Under the pieces are notes generated by a model. That model had not been told where the DNA came from. It was given only the letters and a program-made list of their open reading frames with translations, and did not search any database. 64,000 nucleotides of DNA from an uncultured virus (IMG/VR IMGVR_UViG_3300032322_001263) (lineage: Duplodnaviria > Heunggongvirae > Uroviricota > Caudoviricetes). Every line of letters starts with the position of its first letter. Position 1 is the first letter of the stretch. Both the position numbers and the translations under genes were made by a program. The DNA lies in IMG/VR virus record IMGVR_UViG_3300032322_001263; one strand, given 5' to 3'. Below, one piece after another: positions 36,845 to 47,184 of the stretch.

Positions 36845-37143
36845 TGGCTACAATCACCCACGAAGCGACTCAGGTAAACATCTCAGCAGGCCGGTGGGAT
36901 GCAGCTATCTATGCTGGCACAATTGCAGTCCAACGAGAACTTGGGCCTCAACAAAGGGTGGCCCCTACTGGGTCTACCGTCATAATCAATGGTGTCAATC
37001 CCGTAACCCCTGGCTATCAGACTGCTGGGGGGATCAACTATGTTACCGCTGGCTTTGACCCTGTTCTCCAGGCATATTTTCAGCAGCTATACGAAGTAAG
37101 GCTCCTTACAACTGGGCAGATATGGCCAGTTGGGTACGGCTAA
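36844..37143 (+). CDS. hypothetical tail protein
   Basis: TGATG overlap; ends GQIWP. Confidence 0.6.
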   Translation: MATITHEATQVNISAGRWDAAIYAGTIAVQRELGPQQRVAPTGSTVIINGVNPVTPGYQTAGGINYVTAGFDPVLQAYFQQLYEVRLLTTGQIWPVGYG

Positions 37144-37181
37144 AAATACTATTACACTTAAACCTCTGCGAACCCGATCCA

Positions 37182-37559
37182 ATGAGCGTCAACTTTCCAG
37201 CAATCCGACCCAGCAGCCGGGAATACCGTCCCCCAGCCGTCCCCATCACGGAAACCCGTTCGGAGGCTGGCACGACCTTTAGGAGGCGGCGTGGGAGCCT
37301 TGCGGTCGATGCTGGTGTCTCCCTGCGGTTTGATGTGCGCCCAGAGGCCGACTGGGAAGCGATAGAGGCAGCCTGGCTTGATTCTGATTGCGGGATGATT
37401 GACCTTGATCTGCCGTCAGAGATTTGGAAGCCTGGAAACGCACCTACTCTTCCTGGTTTGCGGTGGAGATTCATTCCAGATCAGCCGCCAGAAAAGTCAA
37501 GCGACAAGGAGCAACGCGCAAAGGTAAATATTACTGTTGAGCTGCGAGCTATTGCTTAG
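37182..37559 (+). CDS. minor tail protein (distal-tail-like)
   Basis: FPAIRPSSR...WRF...PP motif; ATG 37182. Confidence 0.6.
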   Translation: MSVNFPAIRPSSREYRPPAVPITETRSEAGTTFRRRRGSLAVDAGVSLRFDVRPEADWEAIEAAWLDSDCGMIDLDLPSEIWKPGNAPTLPGLRWRFIPDQPPEKSSDKEQRAKVNITVELRAIA

Positions 37560-37634
37560 TGAAAAATACATCAATTCCTTGCGCCTCCTTGGCCTCGCTA
37601 TCATGTGGGCAGAGTCAATAAATGAGGTTCCACA

Positions 37635-38030
37635 ATGGCAGTGATCACCGGCTCTGGTGGGCAGCTTCGATTCAACGGAACGAAAGTTGCAAAGTGCAAG
37701 GACTTTAGCCTTGATGTTAGTCGAGACGCTATTGAAGATACAGCGCTTGGCTCGGATGATCGTACATTTGTGTCTGGACTGCGTGGAGCCAGTGGAAGCG
37801 CAACAATTATGTACGACCCAGAAGATACTGCAACCAGGAATCTTCTGAATTCAATCCTAAGCGATTCCAGTAGCACGGAACAAGTTGAATTCGTGCTCAA
37901 TGCTGCACTTGGCAAAACAATGAAAGCATCGGCACTGATCACTCAGGTTGGTACGCCTGTTTCGGCGGGGGAAATTATTGCCTGCAGTGTTAACTTTCAA
38001 GTAACTGGCCCAATCGTTGGCACCTACTAA
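37635..38030 (+). CDS. tail-tube-like protein (second paralog)
   Basis: KDFSLDVSRDAIEDTALG..RTFVSGLRGASGSATIMYD resembles 23974-24747. Confidence 0.7.
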   Translation: MAVITGSGGQLRFNGTKVAKCKDFSLDVSRDAIEDTALGSDDRTFVSGLRGASGSATIMYDPEDTATRNLLNSILSDSSSTEQVEFVLNAALGKTMKASALITQVGTPVSAGEIIACSVNFQVTGPIVGTY

Positions 38031-38932
38031 TGGCAGTTCTTGGCGCTGGCGGAATCGTAAAACTTCGCCGAGATGCACCAGATCCGGTAACAATTGATTC
38101 TGATGCAATTAATTCTGCATCCAACACGTTATCAAACTCAAGTATAGGTATTTGGAATGGTGACAGGGTAACCATTACTTGCGAGCGTGGAATCCCGTTT
38201 AATGCTGATGGAGACGGATTCGACTCCCCAGACGGACACGCAATGTACTTTGGGTCCAAGTGGCAACTCGGCCCAAATAGAATTCATATTACTAGCGACT
38301 CAAGTGCTTTTTATTCTCAAAACGATAACGCATTTTTTTATGTTACCGGACCAGTTGGTGAACCTACGACTTCTGCTGTTTACTACGCAAATAGAGATCA
38401 GCTAGATAGGCTGAGCTTTTATAGAAATCGAGGTGCTGCGCTTTCCGGCAGGATGGCTGATCGAATTCCCATTGGTAGCCTTGACTTTGGAACTCTTGAA
38501 ATTAATGTAAACATAAATGATACTGATTGGATGATTCAAGGAATGCTTGCTGAATGGTCACTGAATTTAACAGCTTCCGAGATTGACACAACTTCTGTCG
38601 GTGAGCGATTTGGCGATGCCGTTAAGTCAATTGTAAGTGGTAGCGGAACCATGGACTTTTTTATTGAAAGAGAAAGCAGTAGCACTCTCAGTGATGCAAC
38701 CATGCTTTTGAACCTTCTTCTTCTTACGGAAAAGGGATGCAAGGCGGACGGTGAGTTCTGGATGATTGACAATCGCTTGAGTCATAGAAAGCTCCTGCCT
38801 GGCGATTTGTATTATGCTAGCGATTTAATGGTTACCAACGTAGCCATCAACACTCGCGCCGGGGAAGCGATTGTCGGTTCATTGAATTTCGTAACCGTTG
38901 GCGAGATTGCCCTGAGACAGGGAATTGAGTGA
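38030..38932 (+). CDS. tail-tube-domain protein (third paralog)
   Basis: EWSLNLTASEIDTTSVG...SGSGTMDF...SLNFVTVG. Confidence 0.65.
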   Translation: MAVLGAGGIVKLRRDAPDPVTIDSDAINSASNTLSNSSIGIWNGDRVTITCERGIPFNADGDGFDSPDGHAMYFGSKWQLGPNRIHITSDSSAFYSQNDNAFFYVTGPVGEPTTSAVYYANRDQLDRLSFYRNRGAALSGRMADRIPIGSLDFGTLEINVNINDTDWMIQGMLAEWSLNLTASEIDTTSVGERFGDAVKSIVSGSGTMDFFIERESSSTLSDATMLLNLLLLTEKGCKADGEFWMIDNRLSHRKLLPGDLYYASDLMVTNVAINTRAGEAIVGSLNFVTVGEIALRQGIE

Positions 38933-38969
38933 TCACTGCTAGAGTGAACCAGCAGTGAGTTAAAGCGGC

Positions 38970-41900
38970 GTGGCACAGCTCGTTCCAGGTGGCCAGACCG
39001 GAGCCGTCGATAACCTTTCGGTATCACAGGCTGGTTTTCGCTCTCAAATTGCAACAGCGGTTGAGGGATTGCGTCAACTAATTGGTGCGGCAAATATTGC
39101 AAGTGGTAGCAGCGAATCGACAGACCCATTAACGGCTCCTTTCGTTCTGTATGTTAATCCATATATTGGTAAGGATACTTTCGCGTCTGGCTCCTACAAT
39201 ACCAAAGAAGCTACTGGCACAACAGAAGAGATTGTTGCTCAAAAACTAAAGCGGCTGGAGAACCAGCGACTTACGTGTGGCTATACGCGCCACGCACCAT
39301 TTAAAACGATCAACCGTGCTGTCATCGAAGCGGCAATTATTACCAGCAAAAACTGGTATATCAGCGATCCCCTTGCACACGTTGACTGCGTTTGCATTGT
39401 ACTGGCTCCAGGCCTGCACATTGTCTATAATAATCCATCGACAGACTCTTCGGCCATTGCGGTTTCTTCGTGGGCGAATAATTTTGTTCCGACCTGGCAG
39501 CATTTAATTAAGTTTAATCCGGTTGAAGGTGGCGTACTTCTTCCGCGTGGCGCCTCAATCATTTCCGAATTTGGTGATTTGCGTCACACTATTGTCAGGC
39601 CAAGCTGGGTTCCTGATGGAAACGTAGACGAAACTCCGACCTATTCAAATGGAGTTGCTACCTACGCACTGCGTAGGCAAATATTTAAGACTACTGGTGG
39701 TGGCTATGCTTATGCTATCACTGCTATGGACAAACTTGGTCTTGCGGAATCGCATCACCTTTTGTCAATGTTCGGCCATGCTACTCAAGCTGAACTAAAT
39801 ACGTTCTACGGAAACGTTTTCACAGCTTGCGGTACTGGCGGCAACTTAAGCCAAGCTTTACTTGTAGCTCGCGGAACAGAGTACATTATTGCTGCGCCTG
39901 TTAGTGGCACTCCTACTCAGGCTTGGGATAGCACGTCTTCCGCATCCTTTTACATTTTTCAATGTTCTGTTCGTTCCAACTTCGGAATGGGGCGACTCTG
40001 GGCTGACGGCTCTAAGGTCCAAGGCTTTAAGTCATTTGTACTGGCTAACTTTACTGGCGTCAGTTTGCAAAAAAGCATCTCCGAGAATGGGGACATGCGT
40101 TGCTGGCAGAAGTATTCCGGTGGTGACTGGATAGCGGTTTCCAATTACGCAGACTACATTTCGCAAGTACCTGACAATATTCGACAAAATCCAGCGCGAC
40201 GCAGCATTGGCGTTGCCGCTATCAACGAAGGCTTTATTCAAAAAGTTTCGATCTTTGACATTGGAGAAGGTGCTCAAAGCTTTGTTGATGCAGGCGGCGA
40301 GATCGACAGCAATAATGGCAACTCATCGTTCGGTGGAGTGGCTGGACTTGCGAAGGGATACAGGGCTTCGTCATTTCCAAATGACAAAAACTGGCAGATT
40401 AACGCAGTCAAGGTGCCGCTTAGCCCTGAATTTAAAACAGGCAATATTCAGCGATATTACCTGGGAACCGTTAGTGCAATTACCCCTAACGCTGTAACGT
40501 TAACAAGTGCGCTTGCGGCCTATGGCACTAGCTCAACGATTCCAGATATTCTAGGTCAGGCTGGCTACACTCTGCCTGCTTCTACTTATTTGTGGATTGA
40601 GAATCCGCAAGGTACGGACTGGCGGGCTTTGGTTACAGCTAGCGCTTGGTCGTCTGTTGCTCCAGCAGCACTCAATATCAGCGCAGCAGCTACGACGCCA
40701 AACGGCTTCGCCATTGGCTTAGATACCAACGGCATTTCTCTAGCAGTTGGCTGCCGTGTTTACGTTCGTCGCCTTGTTGATACTCGTACACCCGCTGAGC
40801 GGCGTATGTCGCTTAAGCTTGTAAATACAACCGCAGCTCGCATCCCAACATCTAGCTACGTTCTTCAGACCAGTAGCACTTCAGCATCTATTGCACGTCA
40901 ACTTAGTCCAACTACCGAGTTGCTACTTGTTACCTCCTCCGGCACTGGTGATGCTTCTAGTGGTGGACTCAAGACCGCAGAAATTACCTTGCGGCGCGGC
41001 GGAACTGCAATTAACTACGCAAACAATACGTCCTATAGGTCTGGCACTGTTGTTCTTCACAACAACAAGCACTACATCAACTCCAGGGATCTAACAACTT
41101 CAACTACTGCACCAGATCCGGCTCTATGGCAAGAAACATATGTGCACATGGAGTCGTCGTACGCGCCAGAGGATAACCTTAAAAACGAAGCTCTTACGCT
41201 TGTCTTTGATACTGACACTGACGGTGCCGAAGTAACGGCAACTTGCGGTATTAATTGGGCAACTGCCTGGACGACTTCTGCCGCAATTTATAGTCAGTAT
41301 CGCTCCAGCGTTGACTATCTGGGCGCCTTCCTGTTGCTGACCGCACTGGGGTACGGCTCCAGCGATGCTCACGCCGCCCTGATTCCCCGCGCAGAGGCAT
41401 CCAGGAGCCGCAACACGGCACTTACATCGAACCCTGCTACTAGCCTTGCCCTTAGCAGCGTCTCCCCCTCTGGCGGGGCCGCAAACGCGGCTGCGAATTG
41501 GCCGATTGAATTCCGTCGCCCGTCAACTCTGTGGATGGGGTCGCATCGTTGGTTCTCTTCTGGTTCCGGTAACTACTCAAAATCTGTGCCTGCTGCAGCA
41601 CAGGATATGAGCGCTCAGAACCGATTTACATATTATTTTACCAGCCAAGGTGGCGGTCGTGTTATTCCACAAGGAAGCCAAGAAGATGGGCTGTTGGTTT
41701 CGCCGCGTGGACTGGAAGATACAACAACTGGTCGGACGCTTAGTGTTGAAAGCATTGGCGCTGGTGATGTTGCTCAGAGTAGCGTCTTCCCAACACTTAC
41801 CGTAACAAGTGAGTTTACTGTAGACGGAGCGGCTAACTTCAGGGGTCCAATTAACTTTGAAACCACTCAACAGGCTCAAACGACAAGACTTGGCCCAGCC

Positions 41901-43763
41901 AAGCTGGCACGTTATACCGAGGTAATTAAGACCGGACCCGCCGCTTCGATTGCTATAAACGATGCGTCAATCGACGGCTCGCCTGAGATTGTGACAGTAC
42001 CGGCTTTAAATGCTTGGAAGAATGCAAACCAGCTAGTTAGTGCTTTAACGGGGGAAATTTTTATATTCGTCAATAGTGAGGCTACCGATCGTGACCTAAA
42101 CAGCATGAAGCTGAGGCCGCCAACAAGCTCCGATGATGCTATTCCAAGTCTTGCCCGTGCTGCTGAATATGCAAATTACGTGCTTGCCGGTTCAGAGCAG
42201 ACTGCAGTAATTAAGGTATGCCCCGGCTACTACCACTCGGGGTCAAATTGGACATGCAAGGTAAGGCTTGAGGCGTGGAACAGTACATTTACGGCAATGC
42301 CGTTTCCAAGCAATAGCCTAGGCTCAGCGACTGTGCCAAATAACTATTACGACGGTACAGGCTACGATAACGCATCGCTGATTCCGCAAATACTTTGCTT
42401 GCGCCTTGTTCTGCGTTTTGGTCCTCAAGCGGGCATGACGGGTGGAAGTTACAATTTGCATATTGCGAATTACAATAATACAATGGTCTTTGAGAAAAGC
42501 GTTAAATTTCTTGGTGGATTCGCGTTTCTTGGGTTAGCGGAAACGATTAAATACGTTGGCGTAAACGCGGCTCAGAGGGCGGGATTGTTTATGTTTTCCG
42601 GTAGTCCACAGTTGACGACAGCACAAATCAATAACCTGACCTATTCAAGCATTGTTTCATCCAATGTTGACGCATTTCTTAGTAGCGTCAGGAATACAAC
42701 AGGCTTCACGGGTCAGTTCTCCACATGGTGCGACTATCCTGTTATACAGATTAAATCACGGGCGACTGATCTCATAGAACTTCAGGATTGCATTTTTGGT
42801 CCTGGTTTGCCATCGCACAAGGAAAACCTTGGCGGCGGCAGGCCCGCATACATTGATGTGTCCACCGAGGTTCCACTTGAAATCCGAAACATTTACCTGA
42901 GAGGTAACACGACAATCACAAGCGCTGGAATCAGTGCTGGCAATGCTACCGCCATCACGACCGCGCTTGATGGTTCTGGAGGTTATCACTACGGAGCCCT
43001 CGTCCCTGCCCCCTGGACACACAGACAGTTCTATCATACCTTTATTAGCACAATGACAGTCAATAAGCTCAACATCAGAGCACTTGGCTCTTACGGTAAC
43101 TATGTAGTGCGGACAGCAGATGCCGGTACGATAAGCGAGGGAGTTAATGATTGGTATGCTGACCTCACGGGCAAGCTACTGCCAAACCATATCCACCTTT
43201 TGGCGAGTAGCACAGCATCAACTGCTCCCAATAGTTTTACCCCAGCCGCAGGGTTGGCGTACCCAGCGACAGGGGATTACGACAGCGGACCATTCCTTGA
43301 TCAATTTATTCACGCAAAGTATGGCATTTCTTTTGAGTGGGTTTGGCTTAATATTAATGGCATCAGTAGCACCAGGCCGGTATGGCAGGGGTTCTTGGGT
43401 CGGTTTGGGTCCAACGGCCATAACACCGTCAAAACTAGAGGCATTTTACTCGGCAACACCCTAGGTGAGGTAGAAGGAGGATGTGAAGTCACCCTTGGTA
43501 ACAGGTGGCAGAGAGGATCTTCACCATTCCTTAAGGCAGGCATCTTGGACCCAAATACCAACATTTCGGTTGCTCCTTTTGTTCAAGGTTCAGCCACTTA
43601 CGGAGAGGCCAATCCCGTAGTCAAAACGAATGCAACTAGATCTATTACTACCAGAGACAACAACTCAACGACACTAGACTTGAACCTTGGCCTGGTTAGC
43701 TGGGTCAGGGGCATCAGCCCTGAATACGGCACCAACATCCGTCCTGCTAACTTCGCCGCCTAA
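38970..43763 (+). CDS. large tail fibre / tailspike-like protein
   Basis: 1597 aa; LYVNPYIGKD...PFKTINRA motif typical of beta-helix spike N-termini. Confidence 0.7.
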   Translation: MAQLVPGGQTGAVDNLSVSQAGFRSQIATAVEGLRQLIGAANIASGSSESTDPLTAPFVLYVNPYIGKDTFASGSYNTKEATGTTEEIVAQKLKRLENQRLTCGYTRHAPFKTINRAVIEAAIITSKNWYISDPLAHVDCVCIVLAPGLHIVYNNPSTDSSAIAVSSWANNFVPTWQHLIKFNPVEGGVLLPRGASIISEFGDLRHTIVRPSWVPDGNVDETPTYSNGVATYALRRQIFKTTGGGYAYAITAMDKLGLAESHHLLSMFGHATQAELNTFYGNVFTACGTGGNLSQALLVARGTEYIIAAPVSGTPTQAWDSTSSASFYIFQCSVRSNFGMGRLWADGSKVQGFKSFVLANFTGVSLQKSISENGDMRCWQKYSGGDWIAVSNYADYISQVPDNIRQNPARRSIGVAAINEGFIQKVSIFDIGEGAQSFVDAGGEIDSNNGNSSFGGVAGLAKGYRASSFPNDKNWQINAVKVPLSPEFKTGNIQRYYLGTVSAITPNAVTLTSALAAYGTSSTIPDILGQAGYTLPASTYLWIENPQGTDWRALVTASAWSSVAPAALNISAAATTPNGFAIGLDTNGISLAVGCRVYVRRLVDTRTPAERRMSLKLVNTTAARIPTSSYVLQTSSTSASIARQLSPTTELLLVTSSGTGDASSGGLKTAEITLRRGGTAINYANNTSYRSGTVVLHNNKHYINSRDLTTSTTAPDPALWQETYVHMESSYAPEDNLKNEALTLVFDTDTDGAEVTATCGINWATAWTTSAAIYSQYRSSVDYLGAFLLLTALGYGSSDAHAALIPRAEASRSRNTALTSNPATSLALSSVSPSGGAANAAANWPIEFRRPSTLWMGSHRWFSSGSGNYSKSVPAAAQDMSAQNRFTYYFTSQGGGRVIPQGSQEDGLLVSPRGLEDTTTGRTLSVESIGAGDVAQSSVFPTLTVTSEFTVDGAANFRGPINFETTQQAQTTRLGPAKLARYTEVIKTGPAASIAINDASIDGSPEIVTVPALNAWKNANQLVSALTGEIFIFVNSEATDRDLNSMKLRPPTSSDDAIPSLARAAEYANYVLAGSEQTAVIKVCPGYYHSGSNWTCKVRLEAWNSTFTAMPFPSNSLGSATVPNNYYDGTGYDNASLIPQILCLRLVLRFGPQAGMTGGSYNLHIANYNNTMVFEKSVKFLGGFAFLGLAETIKYVGVNAAQRAGLFMFSGSPQLTTAQINNLTYSSIVSSNVDAFLSSVRNTTGFTGQFSTWCDYPVIQIKSRATDLIELQDCIFGPGLPSHKENLGGGRPAYIDVSTEVPLEIRNIYLRGNTTITSAGISAGNATAITTALDGSGGYHYGALVPAPWTHRQFYHTFISTMTVNKLNIRALGSYGNYVVRTADAGTISEGVNDWYADLTGKLLPNHIHLLASSTASTAPNSFTPAAGLAYPATGDYDSGPFLDQFIHAKYGISFEWVWLNINGISSTRPVWQGFLGRFGSNGHNTVKTRGILLGNTLGEVEGGCEVTLGNRWQRGSSPFLKAGILDPNTNISVAPFVQGSATYGEANPVVKTNATRSITTRDNNSTTLDLNLGLVSWVRGISPEYGTNIRPANFAA

Positions 43764-43765
43764 TC

Positions 43766-43942
43766 ATGCCACTCCCATTTGACCCTGATTACATCTGCAC
43801 CGCCCCTGAGCGTGTACGGAAACATTCTGTTCTACTCAAACAGTTTCTAGCTGCTGGCACTGATCCTTACGCATCTCACTCTTATTCCTTAGATATGATC
43901 AGGGAAATTGAAAACAGCCTAGTGGTTCCTCCCGGCGAATAG
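43766..43942 (+). CDS. small hypothetical protein (58 aa; not in track)
   Basis: Manual translation MPLPFDPDY...; fills the gap. Confidence 0.5.
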   Translation: MPLPFDPDYICTAPERVRKHSVLLKQFLAAGTDPYASHSYSLDMIREIENSLVVPPGE

Positions 43943-43973
43943 CTCCACGCGCTTCTGTTGGTAGAATGCCGTC

Positions 43974-44312
43974 ATGGCCATCTCTCCTGGGAAGTACAAC
44001 ACTGAACTTCAGCGCAGAGCAGACTTTGACCTGTCGCTTCAGTTCACGGATGGGGCATCTAATCCGATTGTTTTAATCGGATGGAACGTTATTGCTCAAG
44101 CATGGAACGAAGATCGCACTACTAAATACGCTGACTTTGCGGTTAACTACAGAGATCGAGTAACTGGATCAATTACAATTTCACTTACCAGCAATCAAAC
44201 AAGTGCATTTCCTAGTGAAGTCTTTTATGATGTAATGCTTGTCAATCCAGGCGGCTTGAGAGAGTATTACCTTGAAGGAATTCTTTTTGTTAGCGAGGGC
44301 TACACAGCATGA
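43974..44312 (+). CDS. fibre-attachment beta-sandwich protein (BppU N-terminal-like)
   Basis: G.ITISLT..QT...YDV...YYLEG motif. Confidence 0.6.
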   Translation: MAISPGKYNTELQRRADFDLSLQFTDGASNPIVLIGWNVIAQAWNEDRTTKYADFAVNYRDRVTGSITISLTSNQTSAFPSEVFYDVMLVNPGGLREYYLEGILFVSEGYTA

Positions 44313-45622
44313 CTTCTACTTATTTTGATCCCAGCAAAGTTCTTGTTATTAAGGTCGAGTCCGCTGGCCCCCCTGGTATTGGCCTGCCCGCTGGCACTGC
44401 TGACGCCGGAAAGTTTGTACAAAAGGACGGAGTAAACGCATACCAATACCGGCTGGTAACCCTTGATCAGGTATCTGTTCAATCGGTAGCAGGAAGAACA
44501 GGCGCTGTTACGTTAGTCAAGGCAGATGTTGGACTAAGCAATGTTGACAACACCGGCGACCTTGCCAAGCCAATATCTACAGCTACGCAAACAGCGCTTA
44601 ACCTGAAAGCCAGCCCGGCAGAGGCAGCAGCGGCAGCCCCTGTTCAGTCTGTGGCGGGACGCACTGGAGCGGTGGTGCTCGCTGTTGCCGATGTTTCAGG
44701 CGCAGCATCCAGCTCTGCGCTGTCCTCAGGTCTGGCCAGTAAAGCCGATCTGGTCGGCGGTCTGGTGCCACCAGCCCAACTTCCTGGTTTTGTTGACGAC
44801 GTTCTGGAGTTTGCCACGTTTGCGGCGTTCCCGGTAACAGGCGAAACAGGGAAGTTATACGTCAGCTTGGCAACCAATCGGATTTGGCGCTGGTCAGGCT
44901 CTATCTATGTGGAGGTTGTTTCATCTCCTGGATCTACCGATGCGGTGGCAGAAGGGTCGGTCAATCTCTATTTCACGACTGCCAGAGGCGAGGCGGCGGC
45001 GGCTTCGTGGTGGACTGGATCGGCGCCTAAGACCAAGCTCGATGGCATTGCCGCCGGGGCCACGGCAAACAGCTCAGACGCCACCCTGCTGGCCAGGGGG
45101 AATCACACCGGCACCCAGGCGTTCTCGACGATCACCAGCACGCCCACCACGCTGAGCGGTTACGGGATCACTGATGGCTTCACCCAGGCCAACGTCCGCG
45201 CAACACCAATCACTGGCTTTACCAGCAGCGCCGGGACTGTTGCCGCAACAGATTCGATCCTGCAGGCGATTCAGAAGCTCGACGGCAACGACGCCGCAAA
45301 ATTGCCAATCACCTTCACCGCCAGCACGATCACCTATGCCTCCACGGTTGATCTCGATATGTTATCGCTGGCCGGTAAGTATTGCACAATCAGTCTAACT
45401 GGAAACTTAGAGTTGACGGCCCTGAACCGTGCTTCAGGCCGCCAGGTGACGCTGCGCCTGGTCTGCGATGCCACGAATCGCACCCTGACTTTCCCGGCGG
45501 CGTGGGTGTTCCTGGGGACCAAACCCAGCAGCCTGGCAGCTAGCAAGACGGCTGTGCTTAGTCTTACGTTCTTCGGTGCTAACAATGCCGATTGCGTTGC
45601 AGCTTATGGGGTGCAGGGATGA
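44309..45622 (+). CDS. tail fibre protein
   Basis: SVAGRTGAV repeats, VGLSNVDNT.D..KPIST, EGSVNLYFT and PTTLSGYGITD motifs. Confidence 0.8.
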   Translation: MTSTYFDPSKVLVIKVESAGPPGIGLPAGTADAGKFVQKDGVNAYQYRLVTLDQVSVQSVAGRTGAVTLVKADVGLSNVDNTGDLAKPISTATQTALNLKASPAEAAAAAPVQSVAGRTGAVVLAVADVSGAASSSALSSGLASKADLVGGLVPPAQLPGFVDDVLEFATFAAFPVTGETGKLYVSLATNRIWRWSGSIYVEVVSSPGSTDAVAEGSVNLYFTTARGEAAAASWWTGSAPKTKLDGIAAGATANSSDATLLARGNHTGTQAFSTITSTPTTLSGYGITDGFTQANVRATPITGFTSSAGTVAATDSILQAIQKLDGNDAAKLPITFTASTITYASTVDLDMLSLAGKYCTISLTGNLELTALNRASGRQVTLRLVCDATNRTLTFPAAWVFLGTKPSSLAASKTAVLSLTFFGANNADCVAAYGVQG

Positions 45623-46407
45623 CAACGCTGAGCCTGCGGGATCTAGGCTTTTTGGGAGGGCTAAATGGCTACGACACCGACGCGCAGACTTACATCACAG
45701 CGGTCGAAGCGGCAGACGGTCAATCATTAGAAGCAGCAACGAAACAAGCTATCAATGATTTTGTCGTTGGCTGCAAGGTAGACAACATCTGGAGCGCGAT
45801 TAAAGCCAGCTGCATTCTTGCTGGTGCAAGGACGCTGGCTGGTGCGCTTGTGCCGCTGGTAGGAACTGCGCCAACCAATAACAATTTTGTTTCTGGTGAT
45901 TACAACCGGAAGACGGGGCTGGTGGGAGATGGCACCACTAAGTATCTGTTTAGCAATCGGAATAACAATGCAGACGGTCAAGACAGCAAGCATATCATGG
46001 TTTACGCTACGACTCCAGACACAAGAACAAGCACTAGAGGCTACATAGGCGCTTCGTACACTGGCGCCGGCTGGAGTGCAATTATTGAGGGTGGAACCTC
46101 ATTATCTAACCAGATATATGTCAATGGTTCGCAGGGCGTGTATAGAATAGGGAACACTGCCGGGTTTATAGGCTGCAACCGTGGCAGTGCAAGCATCGTG
46201 CAAGGTCGTAATGGTGGCATAACGACTAGCTTTGCTAGAACAAGTGAGACGCCAAGTTCAGGTCCCATCTTTGTATACGCCACTAACCCCTCTGGTGAGC
46301 GAACATCAGCTCGCATTGCTTTCTATTCAATCGGTCAATCCCTAGACCTTACGCTGTTTGATAACAGAGTTACGGCCTTAATCACCGCCATAGGGGTGGC
46401 GTTCTGA
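45619..46407 (+). CDS. virion structural / fibre protein
   Basis: DAQTYITAVEAADGQ...DYNRKTGL family; ATG 45619. Confidence 0.65.
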   Translation: MTTLSLRDLGFLGGLNGYDTDAQTYITAVEAADGQSLEAATKQAINDFVVGCKVDNIWSAIKASCILAGARTLAGALVPLVGTAPTNNNFVSGDYNRKTGLVGDGTTKYLFSNRNNNADGQDSKHIMVYATTPDTRTSTRGYIGASYTGAGWSAIIEGGTSLSNQIYVNGSQGVYRIGNTAGFIGCNRGSASIVQGRNGGITTSFARTSETPSSGPIFVYATNPSGERTSARIAFYSIGQSLDLTLFDNRVTALITAIGVAF

Positions 46408-46973
46408 TGCTCCCCATCCTCCGCCTACGCCCCACCGGCCCGCAGTGGCCCTATTCAGCGGCGCAGCTCCGGGCAGACGAACCACGCCTATCCGTCAGCA
46501 GCAATCCGCACCCTGCCGAGCTGGCCAGCTATGCCGCCCTGGATCCGCCCATCCTGCTGATCGTCTACGCCCGCACACCGCAGCCTGATCACGACTCCTC
46601 GTTGTTCCAGGCCGTGGAGGTTGATCCAGTGCTGATCAATGGCGCCTGGCGACAAGCCTGGGAGCTGGTGGAGCTACCCACGGTTACACCACAGCCCCGC
46701 TGGGTCGAGTTCGGCGCTGCAGTTCAGGCCAGCCCGGCGATCAATACCCTTCTCGGTGCAGCCCTGCAGCAGGCACCAGCCCTGGGCCTGGGCCTGGGCG
46801 TTGGCCTGGGCAAGGCGGCTGACGGCGATGCACGCGTTTTCCTGTCGTCCTGGAGTATGGCCCTCGCACTCAACCTGATCTCAGCCGAACTGCTGGCTGC
46901 CGTGCAGGCGCTGGCCGAGCAGTTTGATCTGCCTTCGGATTTCGTGGAGGCGCTGGGGGCTCGGGAAAACTGA
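46407..46973 (+). CDS. tail fibre assembly-like protein
   Basis: WPYS..QLR.D.P..S and WRQAW motifs; GC-rich. Confidence 0.55.
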   Translation: MLPILRLRPTGPQWPYSAAQLRADEPRLSVSSNPHPAELASYAALDPPILLIVYARTPQPDHDSSLFQAVEVDPVLINGAWRQAWELVELPTVTPQPRWVEFGAAVQASPAINTLLGAALQQAPALGLGLGVGLGKAADGDARVFLSSWSMALALNLISAELLAAVQALAEQFDLPSDFVEALGAREN

Positions 46974-47184
46974 GGTAGAGGGCCATCTTAAACATGTCAC
47001 CGGAAAACGTCTCTCACCGCGCCATTCGCTGACTTTTGATGACAAACTATATCCTCCGCCTACGCCCCTAAGTCGATTGCGTTAACAGTCACAAGGCGCA
47101 AGCCTTTTGTTTTGCAAAAAGCTCCTGCCCTATCAGCGCAGGCAGCTATACTGCCTGAGACAGGGACTGGCAGCCTACCTCGCC

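Noticed and set aside
38970..46973. Diversity-generating retroelement or invertible fibre cassette
   Set aside because: No reverse transcriptase or invertase, and no TR/VR pair differing at adenines was seen
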